This document shows positions 13,008 to 25,469 of a stretch of 63,072 bases of DNA, one piece after another. Source of the stretch: Acanthaster planci (lineage: Eukaryota); contig NW_019091355.1 of assembly GCF_001949145.1 (NCBI RefSeq), positions 429,720-492,791 of the forward strand. The letters run 5' to 3'. The position numbers and the translations under genes are program-made. Positions within the stretch are counted from its first letter, which is position 1. Every line of letters starts with the position of its first letter. The notes under the pieces were generated by a model. That model saw only the letters and a list, made by a program, of their open reading frames with translations. It was not told the origin of the DNA and did no database searches.

Positions 13008-14865
13008 TCAACATTCGTGGGCCGCGGCGCGGCGAGTTGGCATGGTGCCGGTGTAGAGATTCACGCGGTCATTTTCCTTCCTCAACAAGTCAGAACTGCA
13101 CCAACCTTGACTCCATGAGCTGTGTAGGCGTTCCAGAATAACCTGGCGGGGGACAGATTTACTGGGTCGGGGGGGGGGGACACTTTTACTTAGGTAAATC
13201 TGTCCTTGGACACGTTTACCGGGGACAAATTTACTGTCTACACCCATCGGGCAGGCATTCTCTCAGTGGAAAAAGTGTCACTAACTCTTAATCATGACCC
13301 CTTGAATCTCATGATGCAGTGTAATTCATGTACCTGTGCAGCAAACGAAAAATGGACGGTGAATTTAATTGGGCTTACCAGAATGCCGTGCGAGGATGCC
13401 CGAAACCAGTATCATGGTACAGGAGTCTGGGTAAGGTAGTCTCTAAACTGAAGGGAGGTTGGGGTGTTTTGCCATGGGTGCTGTAGGGGATCATGTCAGA
13501 GGTCCCATTTTTATCTTCAAAGTTCAAAGGCAAAGTGCCAAATGTCTTCCGAATTTCAAGCGCACGCACTAGCTCACTGGATGATTCGGAAACCGAAGTA
13601 TTTCTATACATGTACTGCCCCGAGTGGTTGGCAGTCGTAGTACGCCTTGGATATATGAGGGGGACTTCAGTTCTAAGCAGTTATATGACCATGTTACAGA
13701 TAGACGGAATATAAATACCGTAAACATTACCAACCATGGCCTACCCAAAGCTAAGAAAGCGACGCCATTGCGAGATTGAGCGACGAAGGCAACTTATGAC
13801 GAACGAAGCCTTCGGTATATACTCCTAAATCCAGACTACTGTCCTTTCGAAAAATTATCTGATCTTTCCGACGTCTTCAGCACGACATTGCAAACTTTAA
13901 ATTAGAAAATTTCCCACCCAAGTCCGAGTTTCCAGAAAACAATTTATTCAAAAGATGCTTCTAAAGATGGTTTCGGGAGATAATGTCCACAATTTATTTT
14001 AAAAGCAGTAGCAACCAAAAATAATACTGAATAATAGACTTCCCATTGACTTGTATTTATAACGACTTGAGTACAACTTCGTCCAATTTTGATTATGTTA
14101 AAAACATTTTCTGCGCAATTTGAATTCACTTTTCGACGCCATATCACCTGTGTTGCCGACCTATTCAAGGGTCGTATTTACCAAATGCAAACGAAATTTC
14201 GAATTTGTTTGAATTTTGTAAAACTGATGCTAGTATAATTAATAAATAAATTTGTCTGGTGTACTTTAAAAGGTAACATCGGATGAAGCCCTATCGTGAA
14301 AACCAAACACCCTTGAAATAACCTTCCCAAACAAGCCCCGAAATTATTTCAGCATAGAATGATTACTTTTTGGAAATGATATAACTTCAATGCAACACTA
14401 ATTGTAAAGATTATAGTATGATCGTAGAAAACATGCATGGAGCTTTCTTACTCATAAAAGCAAAACAAACATATCAAAAATTCCACACTTATTTGTCTAC
14501 TTTAAGCTCCTAATTTTACATAAGATAACTGCAAATAATCACTCTGAGAATGATTGATATTGAGTTTTGTGTATGTGTAATTAGAAATCGTAAGTTTCAA
14601 AATGTTAACAAGAGGTACATGTATTGGTATTCAGCAATTAATTAAACAAGAGATGTTTTAAAATACAAAGCACCAAATAAAAAAGTCAAAGTTATTTTAC
14701 TTTTATAAACCAAAGCAGTGTTAAAGTCACTTTCCCCAAAATACATTTCGTCGGTGTCTTCTATTAACATCAGGTTCAGGCTGGCAAACTATAGAGTCAT
14801 GCTGAATTGCATGTTGCTAGAGCGACTTAGTCGATCCGATAAGATTCCAGTTACAGAGGCTTTGT

Positions 14866-14961
14866 ATGGAAGCCATCTTGCAGGCCAGTTCTTTTTTCCA
14901 CAGGGTTTGCACATTTGAGGTTTCCCGGGCAAAAAGAACTGCCCTGCAAGATGGCTACCAT
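14866..14961. repeat. Short inverted repeat / mini-MITE
   Basis: atggaagccatcttgcaggccagttcttttt pairs with aaaaagaactgccctgcaagatggctaccat. Confidence 0.8.
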
Positions 14962-15725
14962 GAAGTGCCTTCATTGACTTGTGTGTAGCACTGGAGATAC
15001 CAAAACACACCCAGAACTTACTTCTAGCTGTAGTTTTGCTGGATAGTGGATACGTATTTTCGTAAACATCACCCAAACAGAAAGTAAAATATGCAAGCTG
15101 GAAAAAAACCCCATCATGGCCGTTCATGAATACCCGTACAATTGATAAACATCTGCACAACAAACAAAAAATAATTCAGTTTGACTGCCATGCACTAAGC
15201 AATGAAAATCATTAAAAAATGATAAATGAAGCAACGCAAGTATAATCCATAAAGTTTTGCAGACATTATGGTTTACCAAAAGAACAATAGTTTTGCTTGT
15301 AGTCTTTCACATTTTATGGTTATAACGCTCATCAATATTACATGAATTGCTTCATCAAATAATTGCTTCATCTCGGTAGTGGGTCGGTTTTTATGTTGAT
15401 TTCATGTCCGTATGTTTACAATAACTGCAGGCCGAAATGATACAGCAAGAAGCGAGTCGAGTCTGTTTATTTTTTTATCTCTAGTGCTGCTCGTGACTTG
15501 AATTAAGCAAGGCTGTCAAAATCAAAATCTGCTTGGACCGACTGAAGTCGCTCCTTGTACCACTTTTGGCAGTCTGAACATTGCGCAGTACCGAGTTATG
15601 AGCACATCTTCACGGTAGCGCGAGCACATTTAAATGAACGCGAATTCTCTAGCCAGCCAATCACAAAATGTAGACGCGGCACAAATCCGAATTTGGTCTG
15701 GGTACCGGACTCATCGTGACGATTT

Positions 15726-18700
15726 CTACACTTGCTCGATGATACAGCAGGCCAGACGGGCCCCAGCATGGCCCGTAGTAAGACTATCGTCGTAATCACC
15801 CCTGCCAAGATCGTCGGTATCCTTGTGCAACTAGGGAAATACAAAAATAAATCGATGGGAAAAAAGGACAACATTGCAATCAAACGTTGAAACAAAACAA
15901 TGCAAACATGACAATAACTCCGAGCGTACATGTATCCAGGAGCATTCATAACTTCCAATCTCAAATTTTTAATGCGTAATAACTTCTCAGAGTAGGAACA
16001 AGATTAATTTTTGAAACGCCGCAGTTCAATTAAGGGTGAATTTATATATCTGTAGAGTATTGGGTAACTCTGTGGTTTTATCTGTAATAGTAATTTTGAT
16101 CGACCTGGGGGTATCTTTTCCAGTATTATTCTGAGCAGTCGGAGTACCCCTCTGGCGCAAGGTGCACATTAAGGGTGTCGCTATGGCAATGCTACACATG
16201 CCTACAGGGCGCCAGGCATATAAGGTCATAAGGGCCAATTTGTTCGTGTCCTGTTTCTCTGGTATGAGCAAGAGAAGGGGCTTACCAGGGAAAACGCATC
16301 AAACTATTTGCTTGTTGTGTTTCTGTAATGAATGCTGTATGTTTACGCGGCAGCCTATTTGCTCTTGGCACTGGAGTAAATTATCAAAAACAAAGTTTTA
16401 CCTCGACTATCACGATCTAGGAAACACATTTGGTGTTCTCTTTACCTCTAGACAAGTTGTGTTAAATCCCAGTTATATTATAGAGAGAATTTGAGTTTCC
16501 TCTGAAATCCTTGAGTTAACCCCAGCAATACGTTTCCTCTTTTGAGATGATAGAGCCGTTTTACTTAAAACAGAACTCAATCGGCACCTACCACTATTGC
16601 CCTTCCGATGATGGTATCAGCACCGACCAGAGAGGCAACCTCATCGCTGAATTCCTCATTCACTGACCCAACACTATCTCGCTCCACATTTCCAAAGTCC
16701 CCAACATGCCTTCATTTAAACCACAAAAAAGGTCGATATTTTCTCTTACAGGAACAAATGAGTTTTTTGTTTGGAGATATTTACAACCTTCAAAACGTAT
16801 TTTACATTTTTTTAACTTCCGAGTTGGCTGTTTTGATTTTAGTGGATGCGCGCTTGGACAGACAACTTTTCATGAGAGGAATATAATATACCCTTAAGAA
16901 AAGGTGTAAGGCAGAAGCCAGATGCTGCGCCGGGTGTTGTTAAACCTACATGGAATAAGATGGATCAAAGTAATCGACTCGCCTTTAAAGGCTATAAATT
17001 TACAAAATTCATCGTACACATGCACACCTTTGTGTATCCGAGGGTCCACCGTGTTGCTTGCCGAAGGGATTAAAATGACCCCCGGTCGAGGCGCATCCGT
17101 TGCTCAAATCTCCGAATTGATGCACATGGAAGCCATGAAGAGTTGCACTAGACGTGTCAAGACCCGTCAGTTGTACAGAAACGTTCATGCTCCCTCCAGT
17201 TTTCTGGGAGACAAGTATTTGGAAGGCGGAGCCTAACTGACATTTACAGACTGGAGAGTCGTTTGGAGTCTAGATAGGCCTAGGCAATGCATGCAGTTTA
17301 ATCAGCGCAAATAAAGTCAAGTTGTCAAAGAGCATGTGAGAGTGAACAGCCCAAGTAGCATCAACTACATACTAATATGAGTTGATTGCTCCAAAGCATC
17401 AAGCACTTAAATCAAGCAAATGATCTGTCTTAGGTTTATGAACGTCGCCGAGCCAAATTTCCCATTAGGGCCAAGAACGAAAGTAATGGTGTGGCGATGT
17501 CTCGTGTGACGACAAAACGACCAAAGTTAAAACATGCAAGTCGAGTCATTGTGTACAACTACGTCAACTACAGACAGACTGCGTCACAAGAATAACTCAT
17601 TACCAGGATCGAAATCACGAAACACAATGTCTTAATACTCAACACCAAAGTATATATCATTTCGCACTTAAATTAAAATGAAAACGCAGAAAGAAGAGGC
17701 TCTTGCGACAGTAGGAAGATACACAGTGATTTCTTAGTAACCCACCAACTGCTTGAATGTAACAGTGCCTTGGATACTGTTGGCTGCCCGTACGTCATCA
17801 GGGAGACCAGGATTAGTCTGTAAGTCGCATCTGGCTTGAATGTAAGGGTCCTTGGGAACAAAACAGAATCATACCTCAAAGTAATACCAACAGACCAACC
17901 GCGGAACCTGTAGTGGGTATCAAACGTCAAACTTGACTTCTTCCCAAAGCAAAGTGCGTTTTAAGTGTTGTTTATCCGAAATAAAGCAAAGTTTCGGTTC
18001 CGTAGTACTTACCGCATTAGTGTTTTACTGACCGTCGTGTCGGCTTTATTGTGGGGAAATGACACTTATGGCATGCTTCTCTACGGTAAGACGGCATGTT
18101 TATTACTGTTTGATACCCACTATAGAACACGTGACTTAGTGGGCACAATCGCTCAATTCCAAGTGATCAGGTAACTAGATTATGATAAAAGTGACCGGCA
18201 CTTCCACATGTGGAAACATGATAGACTAATTCCAGCCAACTTTCTTTTCTCCATCTGATACGAAGAATAAATTGTTTAGATTACTAAAGTTGATGCTCTT
18301 ACTATATAAAATATCTTATTTTTTGACAAGACTAACATTGGCATTGACTTTATTATCACATCACTTTATTCTTGCTGTTCACAGACTAACATTGGCATTG
18401 AGTTCATTATCACATCACTTTATTCTGGCTGTTCACAGACTAACATTGGCATTGAGTTCATTATCACATCACTTTATTCTAGCTGTTCACAGACTAACAT
18501 TGGCATTGAGTTCATTATCACATCACTTTATTCTAGCTGTTAACAGACTAACATTGGCATTGAGTTCATTATCACCTCACTTTATTCTAGCTGTTGACAG
18601 ACTAACATTGGCATTGAGTTCATTATCACATCACTTTATTCTAGCTGTTAACAGACTAACATTGGCATTGAGTTCATTATCACATCACTTTATTCTTGAT

Positions 18701-21399
18701 GTTAACAGACTAACATTGGCATTGAGTTCATTATCACATCACTTTATTCTAGCTGTTCACAGACTAACATTGGCATTGAGTTCATTATCACATCACTTTA
18801 TTCTGGCTGTTCACAGACTAACATTGGCATTGAGTTCATTATCACATCACTTTATTCTGGCTGTTCACAACAAGTACTTCACTCAGACGACGACTGACTT
18901 TCATAAAAAAGAAATTCAAACATCCTAAAGGTTTGGTATATAAAAGGCTTCTGATTCATGAGTGTCGATAACTTATCACTAATTCCGAAATGAGGCATCG
19001 ATATACCTCTTAATAAATTATTTATGCAGTCATATATACTTCAGAAAATTTTTCTCAACCCCCACAGGAATTAACAAGTTTTCACGATAATCCTCAGTCT
19101 TCATGAAACCCCCATTACGCAAAAGCAAAAGTGAAAATCTTTTGTTTCTGTTCATCCTCTGTTTAGCTGTACGTGTTATATTACTTGCAACAACATTGCA
19201 TTTGTGACTTGCCTGGTTACAATCCTATAAACATATCTATTTGTCACAAAAGCAAAATAAGTGCTCAGTTCTTTTCAAGCAATCGACTCCAACTAGTCCT
19301 CTATCCGTCTTACCTCGGCTCTTTGCTGTAAAGCATTCAGGAGGCTCAAATATTCGCGTCGGGTCGGGGCAGCTGAAATAATAAGCACGAAGGTGTAAAA
19401 TTGGGAGAACTGAGGATTGGTTTTTCACTGTGTATTTATGCATAATTCGTAACTTGGGTCATTTCATTTTCATTTCAGTTTTAGGGATACACTTACAAAG
19501 ACATTCTATACACAGAAGATACAAATAAACATTAGAAACAAAACACGAAAGACGCAACATTTAACTAGCTCCCACTTGATTGCCGAAATTGTCGAGGGGC
19601 TCTCCAACCGGTTAAACGGGAAACAGACAATAATTAAAATTAGGAAAATTATAAATGAAAAAAACTTAAGGAAATAAAAACAATATTAACGCAGCATAAC
19701 ATAAAAATACAACAAAACATTAATAAAATTATTATTATTTCCGAAAATGGGTCACTTGGGAGACATTCCCATATTAACGTGCACAAAATATTTCAAACTT
19801 TACCGTCCCATAATTCAATATTCCCTAATCTGATCTTAGCCAAACTTTGCATGTTTTCCTTTTAGACTTTAATCTATCATCTCTCAAAATTTGGACTTTA
19901 AAAAATTTTCCTCCTTTTGGTAGCTGGAGCATGTCTCCCTAATGACCGATGCCTCCTAATGTTGAAAAAATTACCATAAAACGTCTCCCAAATGACCTGT
20001 TTGGAAATATTTCAATTACTAAAGCTATGATTAAAACAAAATTTGAAAGTAGACTGAAATAAGCATCTCAAATTACTATAAGTGTACATACATATATACG
20101 AAAAATACCTGTTCTGGCAAGGCAGAGGAAAACAATGGGAAACGAAATACACGTCCATACAACCCTTAATTGGTTGACCTTACGGCATGAAGCTGGATAT
20201 TCTACAGGGCATGGATGATAGGGCTATGGGTAAATAGGTGGTCACATAAAGAGTGAAAAAAGTCTTTGGGGGAGAGTTCTAGACAGATGTCTCGAGGGTC
20301 ATGGGGAAGCGAATTAAACAATCTGGGAAAGAGGGTAAACAATGAAAGTTTCACACGATTAGTTCTGCAGTACTGATGTTTGAAGAGCAGAGTGTCTGCC
20401 TTCTTTGTGTTAGGCTGTGGAAGAAAATGTGATAGGATGTTGATATGTTTGAAGAGGCATTTGATGACGAAAAAAGCACTTATAAGAAGACAAGTCTGTT
20501 GTAGGGGGGTTTAGACAAGCGTTTTCGTCAGAGAGGGAGGTAGCAAAATTGTAAGGCAAGATTTTATGAAGCGTCGCTAAACTGCCTCAATACATTGGAT
20601 GTGGTTTTTCTGATGTGGTAACCGAACTGCTAATCCACATTCAAGAACAGGCCTGCAAATAGATTGAGCTCATAATACCCCGCCACCCTGCATGATCAAC
20701 CTCATAGCCAGGTACAGGTGAAAGTGTCACATTCCTCTGAGGGGATTTCACCTTGTACCCACAACAAGTCATCCGAGGGGTCGTTTTTTAGAGTGGCGGG
20801 GTATTCTGCAGTTACTCCATACTAGATTGGAAAAGTTTCACGAGAACTACTTTTTCTGAATTCCTCAGCGCGTCGAATGAAACCACCAAGTTTGGAACAT
20901 TTTAAAACAAAACTTATGGGAAGAGTTACATACACGGACGCCAATAATGATTCCCCACAGTGACCTACAAGTCATTAGAAAGCAAAAACGTGTCCAGAAA
21001 AGCTCAATTTAAGAGGGAGAATACCGAGTTACTTACTGACAACAACAGAATTTTTCAGACCTGTCTGACAGGGTTTGTACACAGGGTGTCAAGTGGCGTC
21101 CGTACATGGAACTCTTTCCAAACTTATTTCCACTATTTCCAGTAATGTAACAAAAGAAGACAGAGCGCCGTTAATGTAGTATTGGAGCCCAGTGTCGACA
21201 GTGGATGATCTTCAATTGGGTAGTACATCTCAGATGCTTTTGAGTTGTAAAACATGCATGTACACTAACACCATGGAGGAAGGAAAACTGACCACTGCAT
21301 ATGGAAAACAAGCAAAACCCTCAGCTTACCTGCGCCATGTATAAGAGCAATGCCTACAATGTTCACTAACAGCAGTGCCACACTTCTGTATGCGCCCAT
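15726..21399 (-). CDS. SOD3: Extracellular (secreted) Cu/Zn superoxide dismutase, SOD3-type, ~210 aa, 6 coding exons
   Basis: Exons (minus): 21399-21330 (signal peptide [23 protein letters not shown]), 19372-19314, 17850-17746 ([11 protein letters not shown]...[10 protein letters not shown]), 17203-17028 ([33 protein letters not shown]), 16709-16592 (RHVGDFGNV...IIGRAIV), 15830-15726 ([11 protein letters not shown]...[17 protein letters not shown]). Phases are consistent (633 nt). Cu/Zn ligands and the catalytic Arg are present. RLACC is as in SOD3. Confidence 0.93.
18329..18868. repeat. 54-bp minisatellite x10 in a SOD intron
   Basis: Unit agactaacattggcattgagttcattatcacatcactttattctagctgttcac; 540 bp is exactly 10 copies. 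Confidence 0.97.
19459..20670 (-). mobile_element. CR1/L2-like LINE 3' remnant (degenerate, interrupted)
   Basis: Minus strand 20670-20280 reads ..[32 protein letters not shown].. and ..[21 protein letters not shown].., resembling the RPxLEY..VW.P / E.VQRRF / NSLP ORF2 tail of CR1/L2. A (TGAAA)n-like tail lies near 19460-19476. Outer limits are approximate. Confidence 0.6.
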
Positions 21400-22104
21400 T
21401 TTCAAGTTCCTGTAATTTTGGTAGGGTAAAAAACCGTCTGGTATATGACAACTACTTGTATCTGGACCAGCCACAGGTGCAAGGTGCTAGCAACTCGCAG
21501 CTATCCCACCACATGCACACGACCGACTGCGGATACTGATTTTTGTTTCTGAACGTTTGACGCAGAAACACAAACTGGTATTTTCATGAACTCTGCCCTT
21601 GCAAACGCATGGCAGATGTGTGGGTAGTTGCTAACCCCGTTTGTGCATTATAAGTCTGATAGACTGGTACATCTGTCCGATTGGTGTAGTGCTTGAGTAT
21701 CAGTCAGATTTTATTTTTTATTTATTCACAACTACTTCCGGTTTATAAAATTATGTTTCTAGAGAGAGTTTTAAAACTGGGATCTTCTGAACAGGTGTGT
21801 CACACACAAATTTGAAAATCGGAAAGTAAGGGTTCTTGAAGAAAACCCAAAGACCAAGAACATGGATCTTGACTGTTACGCGACAAGATTGCACGTCTTC
21901 AACGTGACCCCTCCGAGTCCAGTTACTGGTAATTATTGAACCATCCTGTCACCGTCGGGGCTGTCTGCCAACAGTACACGTTACACACGACGATCGCAGG
22001 CTGACAGGCGGTGATCACCAATGTTCGATACCCTGAGACTATCCTATGGTGTAGGCCTATTATTTACGACACACATTTCTCTCTCTCTCTCTAGCCTCCC
22101 TCAA

Positions 22105-22372
22105 GGCGACGCAACTACATGACGCGCCGGCACGACGGTCGCAACGTCGCCTTCTTGCCATTACTTTTGTGCACACCCGACGCGTCGCGTAGTGCCGTCG
22201 CCCGGTCCTTTCCATGTTGCATTTTTGCCGCCTAAACGTCACCCCTTCCGTCGCCCATTGCGTCGTACCGTCATGCGTCGCGTCGTACGTCGTGTATCGC
22301 GTCGCCAATTACGTCGCCTGAAGCACGACGCGACACACGACACGACGCGACGTATCGTGTGCCGTCGCCCGT
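22105..22372. repeat. CpG-dense degenerate CGTCG/CGACG low-complexity block
   Basis: Dense cgtcg/cgacg words in otherwise AT-rich DNA. Confidence 0.7.
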
Positions 22373-22441
22373 TGTTTCTTGGTGTTTATAGAGGGCGCCT
22401 TTACTGTTTTCTTTCCTTCCCCCCCCGGTACTTAAATGGTA

Positions 22442-22835
22442 GGGTACAGTCCACTAATTCAAGCCCCATTGAAAACAATGTAAAATAGGCACTGTTCAGG
22501 GCCCAATAACATGCTTACCAACATCCTTGAGATTGCTGAAACACAAATAAAATTATTTTCTGGTCCCTAATCTTTCGATTTCTTTTTAATTTATTGTGGC
22601 CTAATAACTACATTTTGATTATTCCAACAAAACAAAATCATCCCCGAAAAGTGATTTTTCCGAAGTCTGATTGCAGCCATTTTTCAAGTAGCAACCCTCA
22701 ACCTTCTCGGGCACTTAGGACTATTTTTCAGTTGTAGTTTTCAGCCATTCTGCTCTCATAGGATGGCTCAAAGACCCAGGCAGTTGATCCTGGCAACGAT
22801 TTACACAATCTCACCATTTGAATAGTGGAGTGCAT
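22442..22835 (+). mobile_element. Non-autonomous TIR element, copy 2 (same family as 12497-13007)
   Basis: Begins gggtacagtccactaattcaag and ends ttgaatagtggagtgca. Internal identity to copy 1. Confidence 0.7.
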
Positions 22836-22851
22836 GCACACAGCACATGGC

Positions 22852-23024
22852 ATTCGCTCTTTGTACGCTGCCGCCATGAGCCTTGAACTGACAGCTTTTG
22901 AAATATTCTCCAATCGTATAGAAGAACTAACGCAACATCATACCCAAAATTACTCACCAACATACACGGAAAAAGCTGCCAGATCGAGGCTCTGCATGCC
23001 TATGGCGGTAGCGTACAAGGGAGC
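22852..23024. mobile_element. Small MITE (family shared with 38602-38757)
   Basis: Arms attcgctctttgtacgctgccgccat / atggcggtagcgtacaagggagc, homologous to the arms at 38602-38757. Confidence 0.6.
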
Positions 23025-25090
23025 CGTCGTGCGAAATTTGTAAACCCAATGTGCGTTTGGAAAGGGTCGACAAATTTTGCGCGTTATGATTGGCCAACGC
23101 AGTGCAAACTCTTGGTGGCGCACTATTGTGAAAAATCGTCGCCCCCACTTGATGTGATCATGATTACAGCCCCCCCCCTACACTTTAGCGCAAATTTCCC
23201 TGCTCCCCAGTGCTCGGAATCCTGGCAACGCCGCTAATAAACAATGTATAGGAACATCGTGAGACGATGGGCAAAATCAGTTGTCTCTGCTCTCACAGTC
23301 TGCACTCCAACATTCTTAAAACTGTGCTCAATCTTCAGTCAGTAACGTTCTCGCTTCAGTTTCTTTGCGGCTTCAGAGACCATCAGGTGGGACATTTTTC
23401 TTTTCTTATTAAGGACTTTTTGCTGAAGAGTCCTTGGTATTAAAATTTTAAATTATAATTTTTTTTCAAATACTCAGAGGCGTAGTCAGACTCGAGGGGG
23501 AGCAAGAGGGCAAGAGTTCGGGGGGAGGGGAGAGTTTCACCTTTCTCCCCCATTGGCTCTCCTACTGAATGACATCATCATGAACGGCTCTTTCAAGAAT
23601 GTCTACGCTAACGCACATCAATACACTGCAGATGGCTTGGCGACAGCTCACCCCTTTCCGATTTTCAAGGGGGGGGGAGTGTCCCCACAGAGGACACGTG
23701 ACGCTTTACCTCCCTCGGCTATGTGAACGTCGTGGCCTGGAATAGTCGTCGAGAACTTTCGATATTTTTACAAGAATAAGTGCGCTAAAAGAACAGAAAA
23801 CAGTCACCGCCATAGGGCAAAAGTTCATGTTTGACGTGCATTAATGTTTCAAAAGTCAAGAGGTTCCGAGCGTCAGCTGAAATGTTTACTTGTTGAGGAT
23901 TGTCATTCGCATCCCGCAGACTGTTTGGCGCTCATTGGCTGAAGCAAATATTTCTCAGGTGTTTACAGTCGAAAGATACTCTGGTGATTAATTTAGCGGT
24001 TATAATTAATTTGCTTGTAAAATTGATAGCGGTATAAAAAAGAGAAGACCAGCTTGAACTTTGACATTGAACATTGATAGTCTAAAACTACATTAAGCAG
24101 GTTAAATATGCATCACCTTTGAAATTGTCTCTGCCTTTGAGAAAGATTCTGTCTTCAGAGAAAAGGGGGCTTTGTTTGAATTTTTATTATTTTTTTATGG
24201 ATTCAGTTTCTGTGTTTGCTTGTTAAGATGCTTATGCTGGAGATGAAGGTTTGACGCTTTCCCCTGAAATGATCTCACTGTTTTCTGAAGTATTATGGAA
24301 ATCTGAAGTAAGTGTGAAAACCGAAAAGTTCCGAATGAATGCGAAGTTACGTGAGGGACATTTTAAGGATTTTCAAACGGGTCCTTTTTGTTTATGCATG
24401 AAGTCACCGAGAAGTCTGTAGTAGCCTCAACTTTGTTGAAAAGGTTTTATAACCGAGAATCTTAAATTTAGGTTTTTCGTAACCTAAAATAGCCTAACAG
24501 GCCCCCGATGTGGCTCCCGCTTCCAGACTTGGCAAGGTTAAGTCTCTCTTTCTTCCAAAAATATTGAAAGCCGAATGCTCAATTTTGTTTTCATGTTTGT
24601 GTGTTGATGAGATGTGTAGCTGGAGTACTGGGAACAGGTCGGGACTTCGTCCAACGCTAATCGGAATTTGGTCGCATTGAAAAGCTATGCAGAGCTAATT
24701 TTTCTTCTTCGAATTCGGACGGTTGGGGATGACAAAGAGGGTATACAAGTGCCGATCGTGAGGGGAATTACACCTTATCCTCTTTTGACTAAGGGCTATG
24801 GCCATATAGATTTGCATTTAGAAATAAAAAACACTAAATTTTAAGAAATATAGGTTTGCACTATCGCGTGGGCGTACCAATATTGAACCCACCTGAAGCA
24901 CGCTCACGGTTCAAGTGCTGATGTGACATTATTGTTGGTGAATTATTAACTGCAACCTTTATAACTTAATATACTTTGTACTCTATACGTTTACAATGAT
25001 AACACCATGCAGATCACTGGAGAGAAAAGAAATGACTTTTTTCTAAACGTTTGCTTACGGGTCACATTAAAAGAGTGCAATATCTTAGCA

Positions 25091-25469
25091 AAGGTGGAAA
25101 GCTTGCGGTAGCACCATGCAAGGACACGATCTCTTTGTGAGTCTGTATGGTTCTGAAAAGATCCGTGAGGAACTTAACGTTTCGAACAGTATGCTCTGCC
25201 TGTCGTCAGGAGACTGAAAAGATGCCGACATGGAGTGGGGCTTATAAGCTGACTGGGAGTACTGGAGTGTGACGGATCCTTCTGTGTAGTCAGGTGGACC
25301 GAGGATACAGCTGGTGGATCCCCACTCTACGTCGGCATCTCTTCAGTCTTCTGATGACGGACAGAGCATACTGTCCGAAACGTTGAGTTCCTCACAGTTC
25401 TTTTCAGAACCATACAGACTCTCAAAGAGATCGTATCCTTGCTTGGTGCTACCGCAAGCTTTCCACCTT
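25091..25469. mobile_element. ~150-bp-arm inverted repeat, probably the inverted pseudo-LTR relic of a Penelope-like element
   Basis: Arm 25091-25240 is the reverse complement of 25320-25469. Each arm carries a CTGANGA-stem-GAAAC core. A related copy lies at ~54575-54805. Confidence 0.6.
25345..25390 (+). ncRNA. Minimal hammerhead ribozyme-like motif
   Basis: CTGATGA(25351-57) c GGACAG agcata CTGTCC GAAA CGTT gag: both conserved core boxes around a perfect 6-bp stem II and a self-complementary stem III. Stem I is only ~3 bp. A mirror copy is on the minus strand at ~25173-25213. Confidence 0.5.

Noticed and set aside
13010..13145. Selenoprotein reading through in-frame TGA codons (..VLTC*GRK..)
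   Set aside because: No recognisable selenoprotein family motif or SECIS; the frame runs into a transposon
14728..14788. Neuropeptide-like RRNVFWGK* ending
   Set aside because: The upstream exon has no signal peptide in the compatible phase; likely chance
18272..18928. 218-aa ORF with an [18 protein letters not shown] repeat
   Set aside because: It is the translation of the 54-bp minisatellite, antisense within a SOD intron, with no splice or start context
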